NCBI GenBank assembly: GCA_002339745.1 | Contig: DDKP01000154.1 | Span: forward strand, 4,329 to 37,628 | Source of the DNA: Firmicutes bacterium UBA2595 | GTDB taxonomy: Bacteria > Bacillota > Thermincolia > Thermincolales > UBA2595 | Direction of reading: 5' to 3' | Length of the DNA stretch: 33,300 nt | Shown: piece by piece, positions 1 through 9,911 of the stretch | Layout: each line of letters opens with the position of its first letter | How positions within the stretch are numbered: the stretch's first letter is position 1 | Notes under the pieces: generated by a model | Seen by the model: only the letters and a program-made list of their open reading frames with translations | Databases searched by the model: none | Told to the model about the DNA's origin: nothing | Made by a program: the position numbers and the translations under genes

Positions 1-1
1 A

Positions 2-283
2 GAGGCAACCCAATTAATGATTAACTTATTCGGAAATATGCTGGTCACGGGGTTGAAACTGGCCATCCCGGTGGTAGGCGCGATTTTTGTCGCCGATATG
101 GCTATTGGGATAATCGCCAGGACCATGCCCCAGATGCAGGTGTTTTTTGTGGGTATCCCCCTTAAGATTTGGCTTGGATTTATTCTGCTCATGATGATTC
201 TTCCTGTATACATGGCAGTAATTCAGTTGCTGTTTGAGGGTAATTACCAGGATATGCTGAGGATGATTAAAACCCTGGGCTAA
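2..283 (+). CDS. fliR: Flagellar type III export apparatus protein FliR, C-terminal fragment (5' end lies upstream of the window)
   Basis: The reading frame is open to the window edge. The protein is very hydrophobic and carries ARTMPQMQVFFVGIPLKI, typical of the FliR C-terminal half. It sits directly upstream of flhB, as in fliPQR-flhBA clusters. Confidence 0.8.
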   Translation, partial: EATQLMINLFGNMLVTGLKLAIPVVGAIFVADMAIGIIARTMPQMQVFFVGIPLKIWLGFILLMMILPVYMAVIQLLFEGNYQDMLRMIKTLG

Positions 284-295
284 TGAGGGACTGAT

Positions 296-1396
296 ATGGA
301 GGGTATTCGGCTGGAAAACCTCAATATTAACCTGCAGTTATTTGCCGAAAAGACAGAAAAACCGACTCCCAGGCGGAGACGGAAGGCCGCTGAAAAAGGG
401 CAGGTTGTCAGGAGTCCGGAGATTAATTCAGTTTTGGTGTTGTTAGCCGCATTCCTGGCCATTAAAGCCTTAACTCCATATATGATTCAGGAATGGACCG
501 ATTTAACCAATAATCTTTTCAAGGAATTTGGTAAAGGGCATTTTAACCTGAACTATCACACTGTACAGAAGATTTTTCTTATGGTAATAGTTTCTACTTC
601 GAAGATTCTTGCCCCCATTGTGGGAGGAGCAATGCTGGCGGGAGTGGCGGCAACTCTCCTTCAGGCAGGTTTTCATTTTAATGTTTCCATCATAAAATTT
701 GATCTCAATAATATAAACCCGATTTCCGGGCTGAAACGGATTTTCTCGGCTTATTCCCTGGCAGAATTGGTCAAGTCCATCTTAAAGGTCTTGATTGTGG
801 GTTACGTGGCCTACTCCGAGTATATGAAAGAATTTCCTAACTTCTCCCGGCTTGTCGATATGAATCTCAGGGCATCATGCGCTTATGTGGGCCAGGTTAC
901 CCTGAATATGGTGTTTAAAATTATCCTGTGGCTTGTTGCCCTGGCTGGAGCAGATTACTTTTTCCAGAGATGGCGTCATGAAAAGCAGATTATGATGTCT
1001 AAACAGGAATTGAAAGAAGAACACAAGGAGATAGAAGGCGACCCCTTAATTAAAGGGAAAGTCAAGCAGAAGCAGAGACAGATGTCCATGGCCAGAATGA
1101 TGCAGGTCCTGCCGAAGGCCGATGTGATAATCACCAACCCCACTCATTATGCTGTAGCTCTGGAGTACGATTCCCAGCGCATGTTTGCTCCTACGGTTAT
1201 CGCCAAGGGACAGGACAGAATGGCCCAAAAAATTAAAGAAGTAGCTAAAGAACACAACATAGTGACTGTTGAAAACCCACCCCTGGCCCAGTCATTGTAC
1301 TACAGCGCTGAAATTGGCGACATGGTGCCGCCTGAACTCTACCAGGCCGTGGCAGAGGTTTTGGCATTCGTGTATAAACTTAAAGGGAAAATATAG
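296..1396 (+). CDS. flhB: Flagellar export switch protein FlhB
   Basis: GAGGGA RBS lies upstream of the ATG. The N-terminus FAEKTEKPTPRRRRKAAEKGQVVRSPE is the canonical FlhB start, followed by 4 TM segments. The NPTH autocleavage motif is at nt 1136-1147 (ITNPTHYAVAL). Confidence 0.95.
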   Translation: MEGIRLENLNINLQLFAEKTEKPTPRRRRKAAEKGQVVRSPEINSVLVLLAAFLAIKALTPYMIQEWTDLTNNLFKEFGKGHFNLNYHTVQKIFLMVIVSTSKILAPIVGGAMLAGVAATLLQAGFHFNVSIIKFDLNNINPISGLKRIFSAYSLAELVKSILKVLIVGYVAYSEYMKEFPNFSRLVDMNLRASCAYVGQVTLNMVFKIILWLVALAGADYFFQRWRHEKQIMMSKQELKEEHKEIEGDPLIKGKVKQKQRQMSMARMMQVLPKADVIITNPTHYAVALEYDSQRMFAPTVIAKGQDRMAQKIKEVAKEHNIVTVENPPLAQSLYYSAEIGDMVPPELYQAVAEVLAFVYKLKGKI

Positions 1397-1472
1397 TTGC
1401 TAGTGGTCAGTACCCGGCGCCCGGCGCCCGGTGTCTAACATCTATCACCTGGTTAAGCAGAGGAGGACAAAT

Positions 1473-3539
1473 ATGGCTTCCGAACAGGTTGCTGCCTGGA
1501 GATGGTATAGAAATACTGATATAGTTATTGCTGCCGCAGTTATCGGAATGGTTGTGATGATGGTCATCCCTGTTCCCACTGTTTTACTGGACTTTCTTCT
1601 GACTGTAAATATCACCTTTTCATTGATTATCCTGCTGGTCAGCATGTACAACAATGAACCGCTCCAGTTTTCTTCGTTTCCGTCGCTGCTGTTGGTCATG
1701 ACGCTGTTCAGGCTTTCTTTGAACGTCAGTTCCACAAGACTGATTTTGCTTAACGGGTTTGCCGGGCAGATCATTGAAAAATTCGGGCTGTTTGTGTTAG
1801 GAGGTAACCCGGTTGTAGGATTTATAATTTTCTTAATACTGGTGATTATCCAGTTTATTGTGATAACCAAGGGCGCCGAACGGGTATCGGAAGTGGCTGC
1901 CAGGTTTACCCTGGATGCTATGCCGGGAAAGCAGATGAGCATAGACGCGGATTTAAATGCCGGCCTTATTACGGAGAAAGAAGCTTTAGACAGGCGCCGG
2001 CGAATCCAGAGCGAGGCCGATTTTTACGGGGCCATGGACGGCGCTTCCAAGTTCATCAAGGGTGATGCCATAGCGGCAATTGTAATCGTCCTGATAAATA
2101 TCATCGGCGGTTTTGTGATTGGAATACTGCAGAGAAAGATGTCGGCCCTGGATTCATTGAACACTTATACAATCCTGACTGTAGGGGAAGGTCTGGTAGC
2201 TCAGATCCCGGCTTTGTTGATATCTACTGCTACCGGTATTACTGTAACCCGGGCCGCCACATCTGAAGCCAACCTGAGTCACGAGTTCACTACCCAACTG
2301 ATGGGTCGTCCAAGAGCCCTTGCTATTGCGGCAGGAGGACTGGCGCTGCTGGCCGTTTTGGGTATGCCCCCGCTTCCGTTTTTGACTCTTTCGACAATCC
2401 TTGGATTCACGGCTTATGCCATTAAAAGGGCACAGGACCAGCAGAAGTTAGCTGTAATCGAAAAGGAAAAGGATGAACAGGTCGAGGAGATCAGGAAACC
2501 TGAAAATGTAATTTCCCTGATCCAAGTGGACGTACTGGAGCTGGAAATGGGGTATTCCCTTATCCCGCTGGTGGATGTAAGTCAGGGAGGGGACCTTCTG
2601 GACAGGGTGGTCATAATTCGCCGCCAGTGTGCTCTGGAGTACGGAATTGTTCTGCCACCCATCCGCATGAGAGATAACATGCAGTTAAAGCCCAACAGTT
2701 ATGTGATAAAGATTAAAGGGGTGGAAGTGGCCAGTGGGGAACTGATGCTGGATCATTACCTGGCAATGAGTTCGGGGGTGACGGAAGACGGAATCCAGGG
2801 GATAGAAACCGTCGAACCTGCCTTTGGGCTTCCGGCCAAATGGATTCCTGCCAGCCTTCGCGAACACGCGGAACTGGCCGGTTATACAGTGGTGGACCCG
2901 TCTTCTGTTATTGCTACCCACCTGACGGAAATCATTAAAGGCCATTCTCATGAAATACTTGGTAAGCAGGATGTACAAAATCTGCTGGATCATATCAAAA
3001 AGACCCACCCGGCCGTTGTGGAAGAGCTTATTCCTGGTCTGCTGACAGTCGGAGAGGTGCAAAAGGTTCTGGCCGGTTTATTGAGGGAACGGGTGCCAAT
3101 CAGGGACCTGGTGACTATTTTAGAATCCCTGGCAGACCACGCCAGGGTTACCAAGGATGTTGATATGCTTATAGAGTATGTACGGCAGGCCCTGGCCAGA
3201 AACATAGTAAAACAGTATGCTGACGCTACGGACACCCTGCATGTAATTACCCTCGATCCGAATGTTGAACAGATCATAAGGGAGTCCATTCAGTATACTG
3301 AACATGGGTCATTCATAACGGTGGATCCGGAAAAAGCCCAGTCAATATTCAAAAGCCTGACGGCCAACGTAGAAAAGGCTGCAGAAAAAGGATACCAGCC
3401 TATAATACTGTGTGCGCCGGTTGTGCGGATATATTTTAAAAAACTGACCGAAAGACTTATTCCAAATCTGACAGTGCTCTCTTACAATGAGCTTGAGGGT
3501 AGGGTAAACGTCCAATCGTTAGGGGTGGTGAGTATCTAG
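1473..3539 (+). CDS. flhA: Flagellar export gate protein FlhA
   Basis: The product is 688 aa from ATG 1473, preceded by AGGAGG at 1461-1466. The ORF-track GTG at 1431 has no RBS. It has an N-terminal polytopic membrane domain, the conserved FHIPEP segment (ITKGAERVSEVAARFTLDAMPGKQMSIDADL) and a large cytoplasmic C-domain. Confidence 0.95.
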   Translation: MASEQVAAWRWYRNTDIVIAAAVIGMVVMMVIPVPTVLLDFLLTVNITFSLIILLVSMYNNEPLQFSSFPSLLLVMTLFRLSLNVSSTRLILLNGFAGQIIEKFGLFVLGGNPVVGFIIFLILVIIQFIVITKGAERVSEVAARFTLDAMPGKQMSIDADLNAGLITEKEALDRRRRIQSEADFYGAMDGASKFIKGDAIAAIVIVLINIIGGFVIGILQRKMSALDSLNTYTILTVGEGLVAQIPALLISTATGITVTRAATSEANLSHEFTTQLMGRPRALAIAAGGLALLAVLGMPPLPFLTLSTILGFTAYAIKRAQDQQKLAVIEKEKDEQVEEIRKPENVISLIQVDVLELEMGYSLIPLVDVSQGGDLLDRVVIIRRQCALEYGIVLPPIRMRDNMQLKPNSYVIKIKGVEVASGELMLDHYLAMSSGVTEDGIQGIETVEPAFGLPAKWIPASLREHAELAGYTVVDPSSVIATHLTEIIKGHSHEILGKQDVQNLLDHIKKTHPAVVEELIPGLLTVGEVQKVLAGLLRERVPIRDLVTILESLADHARVTKDVDMLIEYVRQALARNIVKQYADATDTLHVITLDPNVEQIIRESIQYTEHGSFITVDPEKAQSIFKSLTANVEKAAEKGYQPIILCAPVVRIYFKKLTERLIPNLTVLSYNELEGRVNVQSLGVVSI

Positions 3540-4687
3540 TGCGGGTCAAAAGATATGTTGCGGATACCCTGCAGGACGCAATGATCAAGGTTAAAATGGA
3601 CATGGGCAAGGATGCCGTAATTTTACATACAAGAAAGTTCAAGGAGGGAGGGTTTTTGGGGCTCTTCGGTAAGGTAATGTTTGAGGTTACCGCTGCCGTC
3701 GAGGATGCTCCAATGCCTGCCACGGCATCCCCGGAGCCCGGCAGGAGTTCGGTCATTCTACCCCAGTCCCTGGCAGCTTCAGATGACGAAGATGCGGAAA
3801 TCAAAACAGGTCTGCGGGAAGATATCCAGGAAATGAAGTTAATGATTAATGAAATGCTGAATCAGATGGACTCCTCCAATGACGTTAAAGTTTTCCCCAA
3901 GACGTTACAGAGATATCATCAGATTCTGGTAGATAATGAAGTGGATGATAGGCTGACCAAAAAGATAATAAAGGAAGTGTTTAAGCAGTTACCCCATGAG
4001 GACGCTTCCGACAGTGACGTGGTGAGGGACTTCCTGGAACAGCAAATCCTCAAATTGTTAAAGAAACCCAAACCAATCTCATTTAAAAGAAGAGGTCTGG
4101 GCATGCAGTCAATTGCTTTAGTGGGACCTACAGGGGTAGGCAAAACAACTACCATTGCCAAGATGGCGGCCACATTTTCCATCGTAGACAAGAAAAAAAT
4201 TGCCTTGATTACAGCTGATACTTACAGGGTGGCGGCCGTGGAGCAACTGAAGACTTACGGCGAGATTATTGGTGTGCCTGTCGATGTGGTATACACACCC
4301 CCGGAGCTTTCCAACGCGATTTCCAGGCATACCGACAAAGACCTGGTCTTGATAGATACTGCCGGCCGCAGTCATAAAAACAATGAGCAAATGGTGGAAT
4401 TGAAGAGCTTTCTGGATGCGGCCGAACCATCGGATATTTTTCTGGTTCTCAGCGCCACTACGAAGTACAAAGATATGCTGGAGATTGTGGACAGTTACTC
4501 TGATATTCCGATTACGAGGCTGGTTTTCACCAAACTGGATGAAACTTCTACATTTGGGCTTATTCTAAACGTGGTTTCCAGGACCCAGAAGTGTCTTTCG
4601 TATGTAACGGTTGGGCAGAATGTTCCGGACGATATAGAAATAGCTGACCCGGTTAAAATCGTCAAAATGATTACGAGGGAGAGATAG
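3539..4687 (+). CDS. flhF: Flagellar SRP-type GTPase FlhF
   Basis: The GTG start overlaps the flhA stop (TAGTG). The basic N-terminal B-domain begins MRVKRYVADTLQDAM. GTPase motifs are GPTGVGKTTT (G1), DTAGR (G3) and TKLDE (G4). Confidence 0.93.
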   Translation: MRVKRYVADTLQDAMIKVKMDMGKDAVILHTRKFKEGGFLGLFGKVMFEVTAAVEDAPMPATASPEPGRSSVILPQSLAASDDEDAEIKTGLREDIQEMKLMINEMLNQMDSSNDVKVFPKTLQRYHQILVDNEVDDRLTKKIIKEVFKQLPHEDASDSDVVRDFLEQQILKLLKKPKPISFKRRGLGMQSIALVGPTGVGKTTTIAKMAATFSIVDKKKIALITADTYRVAAVEQLKTYGEIIGVPVDVVYTPPELSNAISRHTDKDLVLIDTAGRSHKNNEQMVELKSFLDAAEPSDIFLVLSATTKYKDMLEIVDSYSDIPITRLVFTKLDETSTFGLILNVVSRTQKCLSYVTVGQNVPDDIEIADPVKIVKMITRER

Positions 4688-4689
4688 CC

Positions 4690-5574
4690 ATGCGTGACCA
4701 GGCGGAAAAACTTCGCGTATTGGCCAGAACCCTTAAACATCAGGTGGAATGTGAAATCAAGGGAACCCAAAAGAAAACCCGAATCATGGCGGTCACCAGC
4801 GGAAAAGGCGGGGTGGGAAAAACCAATTTCACCATTAACTTCGCCTTGGCGCTAATATCTTGCGGTCAAAGAGTCATAATCCTGGATGCCGACCTGGGAC
4901 TGGCAAATATTGATGTGGTGCTGGGTATCAATCCTGCTTATAATCTTTACCACGTCGTTAAAGGGGAAAAGAGTATCCATGATATCATCTTCACTGGCCC
5001 TCAGGGATTACAGATTATCGCCGGAGGGTCCGGTATCCAGGAACTGGCCAATCTGAGGCGGTGGCAGGTGGAGCAGTTTATAGCCAAACTTGAGGAACTG
5101 GAAGGAATGGCTGACATTTTGATAATTGACACTGCCGCCGGCCTTTCCAGAAATGTAATGAGTTTTGTTCTGGCAGCGGACGAAGTGATTGTCATCACTA
5201 CCCCGGAACCGACGGCTATAACGGATGCCTACGGCCTCGTAAAAGCTATGACCGCTAAAAAGAAAAACAGTATTGTTCACCTGGTGGTGAACAGGGTCGA
5301 AAATGCGCAGGAAGCTGATATCACTGCTAGTAAGCTGTCTATAGTGGCTGAAAAGTTTTTAAAAATGAATATTGGGCGTCTGGGGTTTATCCTGGATGAC
5401 CCAGCAGTTAAAAAGGCTGTGAAACATCAGGAACCTTTTATATTAAAATATCCCAGGTCTCCTGCTTCCGAATGCATTCAGCGCCTGGCGGCGCAGTTAG
5501 TGGACCAGGGACACTGCTACGAACCCGGTGGGGTCAGGGCGTTTTTAGGAAAAATTGCCAAACTATTTGGATAA
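4690..5574 (+). CDS. flhG: MinD/ParA-type ATPase FlhG (YlxH), flagellar number and placement regulator
   Basis: The N-terminal DQAEKLR matches the DQAxxLR FlhF-activating motif. It has a deviant Walker A (SGKGGVGKT). The C-terminal amphipathic FLGKIAKLFG looks like a membrane-targeting helix. Confidence 0.92.
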   Translation: MRDQAEKLRVLARTLKHQVECEIKGTQKKTRIMAVTSGKGGVGKTNFTINFALALISCGQRVIILDADLGLANIDVVLGINPAYNLYHVVKGEKSIHDIIFTGPQGLQIIAGGSGIQELANLRRWQVEQFIAKLEELEGMADILIIDTAAGLSRNVMSFVLAADEVIVITTPEPTAITDAYGLVKAMTAKKKNSIVHLVVNRVENAQEADITASKLSIVAEKFLKMNIGRLGFILDDPAVKKAVKHQEPFILKYPRSPASECIQRLAAQLVDQGHCYEPGGVRAFLGKIAKLFG

Positions 5575-5601
5575 TGTCGTAAAAGCCCAAGGAGGGGAAG
5601 C

Positions 5602-6258
5602 ATGGGTGCATTTGAACCGTTAAAAGTAAATCAACCGGTCGAAATAGAGATTCCGGGGGAGCAATCTGTCTGTTACAGGAGCAGGGTCGAATACGTATCC
5701 GATGACAGACTGATAGTGGCTTCTCCGATGAAAAGCGGTGCGATTGTCCCGGTCAGGCGGGGCACAGTTGTAAAGGTCACTTACACAGATAACGTTGCCG
5801 TGTATACATTTTCCTCCGAGGTTTTGTCCCAAAACATAAGTGGCATACCGACTCTTATCCTTGACAGGCCTTCTGATTCCAAGAGAATCCAGAGGCGGAA
5901 TTTTGTCAGGCTGGATACAAGATTAACGGTGAATTTATCTCTGCTTAACGAAAAATATATTCCCAGCGGGGAAACTATTTCCGCTACTACAGTCGATATC
6001 AGCGGCGGTGGAATGATGTTTGTTTGCGATACAAATATGAAAGTGGGGGATGTCTTGGAGGCTGTAATCAATTTAAGCGAAAAGGAAACGGTTACAGCTA
6101 TAGGCCGTATTGTCAGGATCGTGGAAAACCCACCCAAATCCCGGAACAGGTATTCGGCCGGATTTGAGTTTACCATCATAGAGGAGGCGGAGAGGGATAA
6201 AATAATCAGGTTTATTTTTAATCAGCAGAGAGAGCTTCGCAGGAAAGGACTCCTATAA
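5602..6258 (+). CDS. PilZ-domain c-di-GMP receptor, YcgR/MotI-like flagellar brake candidate
   Basis: AGGAGG RBS is present. The N-terminal part is YcgR-like (PilZN). PilZ signatures are QRRNFVR (RxxxR) and DISGGG (D/NxSxxG), together at nt 5890-6012. Confidence 0.85.
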   Translation: MGAFEPLKVNQPVEIEIPGEQSVCYRSRVEYVSDDRLIVASPMKSGAIVPVRRGTVVKVTYTDNVAVYTFSSEVLSQNISGIPTLILDRPSDSKRIQRRNFVRLDTRLTVNLSLLNEKYIPSGETISATTVDISGGGMMFVCDTNMKVGDVLEAVINLSEKETVTAIGRIVRIVENPPKSRNRYSAGFEFTIIEEAERDKIIRFIFNQQRELRRKGLL

Positions 6259-6287
6259 GATCCGCATCATACAAGAGGTGATAGCAG

Positions 6288-7334
6288 GTGCAAACGAAAT
6301 ACCGGGTCCTGGTTGTGGATGATTCTTCATTTATGAGAAGGTTTATCAGTGACATTATTCAGGCGGACAAAGAACTGCAGGTGGTAGGAACAGCTATCAA
6401 TGGCATTGACGCCGTGGAGAAAACCAGGGAACTGAGACCCGATGTAGTTACTATGGACATAGAAATGCCTGAGATGGATGGGCTTGCCGCACTGGAAAAT
6501 ATAATGCATTTATTCCCGACCCCTGTGATTATGCTCAGCAGCCGGACAAAGGTAGGAGCAGATGCTACTTTAAAGGCCCTTGAACTGGGCGCTGTAGACT
6601 TTATCGCTAAACCGTCGGGTAATATTTCACTGGACCTGGATAAGATTCAGGATGAGATTATTGTAAAAGTAAAAATAGCTGCCCAATGTTATCACAGAAT
6701 GGCAAGACTGAGCGGAAGCAGGGGAGCCGATAGTATTGCCACGCTGCCGAACTTCCATAACGGTTTACCTCTTCGCAGGATTGTGGCTGTCGGAACTTCA
6801 ACAGGAGGCCCGAGGGCTCTGCAAGCTGTCTTGTCCAAGATACCTGGTAATGTACCTGCCGCTTTTACAATTGTCCAGCATATGCCCAAGGGGTTTACCA
6901 AGTCCCTGGCGGAAAGACTAAACAGCGTTTCCCAGTTGACCGTATCAGAGGCTAACGAAGGTGACGAACTGGTTGCCGGCCGGGTTTTGATATCTCCCGG
7001 AGACAGGCATATGTTAATCAGAAGGGCCGGTGACCGCTTGTATGTTACCCTGAGTGATGAACCGCCGGTTCAGGGACTGCGCCCGTCTGTTGATAAAATG
7101 ATGGAGTCGTTGGTGGAGTGCGGCGTTCCGGTAACTGGAGTACTCTTAACGGGTATGGGTTACGACGGCGTGGCCGGACTTAAAAAGATACAGGCTGCCA
7201 GCGGATATACGATAGCGGAAGATGAATCTACATGTGTGGTATATGGGATGCCAAGAGCGGCCCTGGAAAATAACTGTGTACATAAGGTTGTACCTTTACA
7301 CCAGATTTCCCACGAGATCGTAAGCAATTTATAA
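6288..7334 (+). CDS. cheB: Chemotaxis response regulator protein-glutamate methylesterase CheB
   Basis: GTG start follows a GAGGTGA RBS. The receiver domain shows VLVVDDSSFMRR and DIEMPEMDG. The methylesterase domain shows GTSTGGPRAL, VQHMP and GMGYDG. Confidence 0.95.
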   Translation: MQTKYRVLVVDDSSFMRRFISDIIQADKELQVVGTAINGIDAVEKTRELRPDVVTMDIEMPEMDGLAALENIMHLFPTPVIMLSSRTKVGADATLKALELGAVDFIAKPSGNISLDLDKIQDEIIVKVKIAAQCYHRMARLSGSRGADSIATLPNFHNGLPLRRIVAVGTSTGGPRALQAVLSKIPGNVPAAFTIVQHMPKGFTKSLAERLNSVSQLTVSEANEGDELVAGRVLISPGDRHMLIRRAGDRLYVTLSDEPPVQGLRPSVDKMMESLVECGVPVTGVLLTGMGYDGVAGLKKIQAASGYTIAEDESTCVVYGMPRAALENNCVHKVVPLHQISHEIVSNL

Positions 7335-7365
7335 GCAGCAGAAACACCAGCCGGAGGTGAAGGCT

Positions 7366-9432
7366 ATGGATATGACTCAATATTTGAATATGTTTTTGGA
7401 AGAATCCCGGGAGCATTTACAGAAGCTTAATGAAGCGCTTCTGGACCTGGAAGGTTCTCCGGACAATAAGTCTGTTCTGGATGAAATTTTCCGGTCAGCA
7501 CATACCTTGAAAGGTATGTCAGCCACAATGGGATTTAGCCAGATTGCCGAACTGACTCACGATATGGAAAACGTTTTGCATAAACTCAGGAATGAGGAGA
7601 TCAAGACCACTCCCGGAATACTCGATCTGCTTTTTAAATGTGTTGACGCTTTGGACAGCATGGTCAGCGATATTGCCAGTGGAGGAAGCGGCAGTCTGTC
7701 GATAGATGACTTACTGGCAGAACTGAAAACCGGCAATCCGGGCAGTTTCCCGGCAACGCCTGATTCCGGTTCAGCCGTAGGTACCACCGGAGAAGAAAAC
7801 AGTGAAGACGGGGATGAATCAGTCATTATTACAACGATAGAGTTTAACGAATATGAAAAAAACCTGATAAAGCAGGCAATAGACCAGGGATTTCAATGTT
7901 ATCACCTGGTTGTGAATATAGACCCACGGTGTATCATGAAATCGGCCAGGGCATTCATGGTGTTTAAAAACATGGAAGAAATCGGTGAAATAATTAAGAG
8001 TATTCCCCCTGTTCAGGACATAGAAGAAGAGAAGTTTGAAAACAGCTTTGACCTTGTTGTAGTTTCCAGGGAACCAACGGAAGTCATAAGAAAAGGGCTG
8101 GTAACAATTACCGAGGTAACGGAACCGGAAATTAAGCTCATAACGGGCGTATTTAAGCCCTTAAACGAATTACCCGTGGATAAAAAAGAGGTTCCGGCAA
8201 CCGGAGATCCGGTTAAACCGACCGTTGATGCAAAGGCTGAGGAGTCTCATCCTGTCCAGCACCAGACAATTTCAAGAGCAAAGATAAATCAGACGGTGCG
8301 GGTGGATGCCGCAAGGCTGGATAACCTGATGAATCTTGTGGGTGAACTGGTTATAAACAAAACCCGTCTGGAGCAGATCGGACGATCTCTCCAGGTGCCG
8401 GAACTGGCCGAAACTATGGAACAGATGGACAGGATTACCTCTGATCTGCAAAATGTTGTGATGAAGGTCCGCATGGTTCCCATTGAAAATGTCTTCAGTC
8501 GTTTCCCAAGGATGGTCAGGGACTTGGCCCGGGACCTGGGTAAGGAAATAGACCTTATAATTGAGGGAAAAGAAACCGAACTTGACCGGACAGTAATAGA
8601 CGAAATCGGTGATCCCCTGGTTCACTTGCTAAGGAACTCCATAGACCACGGCATTGAAGAACCGGCGGTTAGGGTGAATGCCGGCAAAAAAGAGCGCGGG
8701 ACTGTCATCTTGGCTGCCAGGCATGAGGGGAATAACGTGGTAATAGAAGTGCAGGACGACGGAAGAGGACTGGATATCGAAAGGATCAAAATTAAAGCCA
8801 TTGAAAAAGGGTTAGTACTTCCGGAAGAAGCCGAAGAAATCGACGAGCACTCGATTCTCCGCCTGATTCTGATGCCTGGACTCAGTACAGCCGAAAAGGT
8901 AACGGATCTGTCAGGCCGTGGTGTCGGGCTCGACGCCGTGAAAAACAAAATCGAGTCTCTCAGTGGTAGTCTTCACATCGAAAGCGCTCCAGGAACGGGA
9001 ACAAAATTTAAAATTCAGCTACCGCTTACCCTGGCCATTATCCAGGCTTTGCTGGTCCTGATTGAGAGGGAGATTTACGCTATTCCTTTAAGTTTTATAG
9101 CTGAAACAACCAGTGTTCTGCCCCAGCAGATTAATAGGATCCAGGAGCAGGAAGTCATCCTGATTCGGGGTGATGTGCTGCCTCTGGTAAGACTAAATGA
9201 AGTTCTTCAGGTACCCCCGTCCGGCATTCCCAGAGAGGAAGAAATTAATATTGTTGTGGTCAGAAAAGGAGAGAAAAGGATTGGCTTGATCGTTGATACC
9301 TTAATCGGCCAACAGGAGATTGTTATCAAACCTCTCGGGAAAATCCTGGGCGGGATTCCGGTGATTGCCGGGGCCACTATTCTTGGAAACGGGCAAGTGT
9401 CCTTGATAATTGATGTGGCCAGTCTGTTTTAA
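7366..9432 (+). CDS. cheA: Chemotaxis histidine kinase CheA
   Basis: ATG 7366 lies 8 nt after GGAGG, and the N-terminus MDMTQYLNMFLEESREHLQ is CheA-like. The GTG at 7357 lies inside the RBS. The P1 Hpt site is SAHTLKG. It has N box HLLRNSIDHG, G1 DDGRGLD, G2 GRGVGLD and a C-terminal CheW-like P5 domain. Confidence 0.95.
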   Translation: MDMTQYLNMFLEESREHLQKLNEALLDLEGSPDNKSVLDEIFRSAHTLKGMSATMGFSQIAELTHDMENVLHKLRNEEIKTTPGILDLLFKCVDALDSMVSDIASGGSGSLSIDDLLAELKTGNPGSFPATPDSGSAVGTTGEENSEDGDESVIITTIEFNEYEKNLIKQAIDQGFQCYHLVVNIDPRCIMKSARAFMVFKNMEEIGEIIKSIPPVQDIEEEKFENSFDLVVVSREPTEVIRKGLVTITEVTEPEIKLITGVFKPLNELPVDKKEVPATGDPVKPTVDAKAEESHPVQHQTISRAKINQTVRVDAARLDNLMNLVGELVINKTRLEQIGRSLQVPELAETMEQMDRITSDLQNVVMKVRMVPIENVFSRFPRMVRDLARDLGKEIDLIIEGKETELDRTVIDEIGDPLVHLLRNSIDHGIEEPAVRVNAGKKERGTVILAARHEGNNVVIEVQDDGRGLDIERIKIKAIEKGLVLPEEAEEIDEHSILRLILMPGLSTAEKVTDLSGRGVGLDAVKNKIESLSGSLHIESAPGTGTKFKIQLPLTLAIIQALLVLIEREIYAIPLSFIAETTSVLPQQINRIQEQEVILIRGDVLPLVRLNEVLQVPPSGIPREEEINIVVVRKGEKRIGLIVDTLIGQQEIVIKPLGKILGGIPVIAGATILGNGQVSLIIDVASLF

Positions 9433-9447
9433 AAGGGGTGTAGGGTA

Positions 9448-9894
9448 ATGGAAAACGACGTCCAATTGGTTGCGTGTACTGTGGACAATGAAGAATACGC
9501 CATAGACATAAGAAGTGTCCAGGAAATAATCAGACTGTTGGATATTACCCGTGTGCCTCATGCATCGCCATATATTTCAGGGGTAATTAATCTAAGGGGC
9601 ATGGTAATCCCTGTGATGAATCTCAGGAAGAGGTTCGGGCTGCCGGACCAAAAGCCGGATGAAACGGCGAGGATTATTATCATCAACTGCAACGGGTCAA
9701 TGGTCGGCATACTGGTCGACAGCGTGTCCGAAGTCATAAGGATTCCCAGACAGAACATTGAACATACGCCATCCTGTTCATCCAATGTAAATACTGAGTT
9801 TTTCAGCGGGATAGGCAAACTGGGAAGCCGACTCCTGATAATGCTAAATCTGGATAACATCTTTGAGATCAGGACCGATCACCAGGGTTTTTAA
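9448..9894 (+). CDS. cheW: Chemotaxis coupling protein CheW
   Basis: 148-aa single CheW domain (EEYAIDIRSVQEIIRL, GVINLRGMVIPVMNLRKRFGL, RIIII). It sits immediately after cheA. Confidence 0.93.
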   Translation: MENDVQLVACTVDNEEYAIDIRSVQEIIRLLDITRVPHASPYISGVINLRGMVIPVMNLRKRFGLPDQKPDETARIIIINCNGSMVGILVDSVSEVIRIPRQNIEHTPSCSSNVNTEFFSGIGKLGSRLLIMLNLDNIFEIRTDHQGF

Positions 9895-9911
9895 AGAAAG
9901 GAGGTGTCGGG

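Noticed and set aside
92-99. Exact GCCGATAT, the sigma-D/sigma-28 -10 consensus, inside fliR
   Set aside because: No TAAA -35 element lies 15-16 nt upstream. The motif is explained by the codons for VADM in FliR. Other CGATAT-like strings (for example near 5990, 23050 and 31865) also lack a properly spaced TAAA.
1431-1472. ORF-track N-terminal extensions: flhA 1431, cheA 7357, rpsB 15779, fdx 19040, rseP 23398, proS 25640
   Set aside because: In each case a downstream start has a well-spaced Shine-Dalgarno and restores the canonical conserved N-terminus. The upstream start lies inside the RBS, inside the preceding gene, or lacks an RBS. The rpsB ATG at 15779 does have a GGAGGA about 9 nt upstream, so a minor extended isoform cannot be excluded.
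1445-1942. 165-aa minus-strand ORF inside flhA, plus similar minus-strand ORFs at 21759-22253, 25148-25657 and 26242-26712
   Set aside because: All are fully contained antisense to strongly supported conserved genes (flhA, the ytvI-like gene, ispG, proS) and lack motifs or RBS. I treat them as shadow ORFs.
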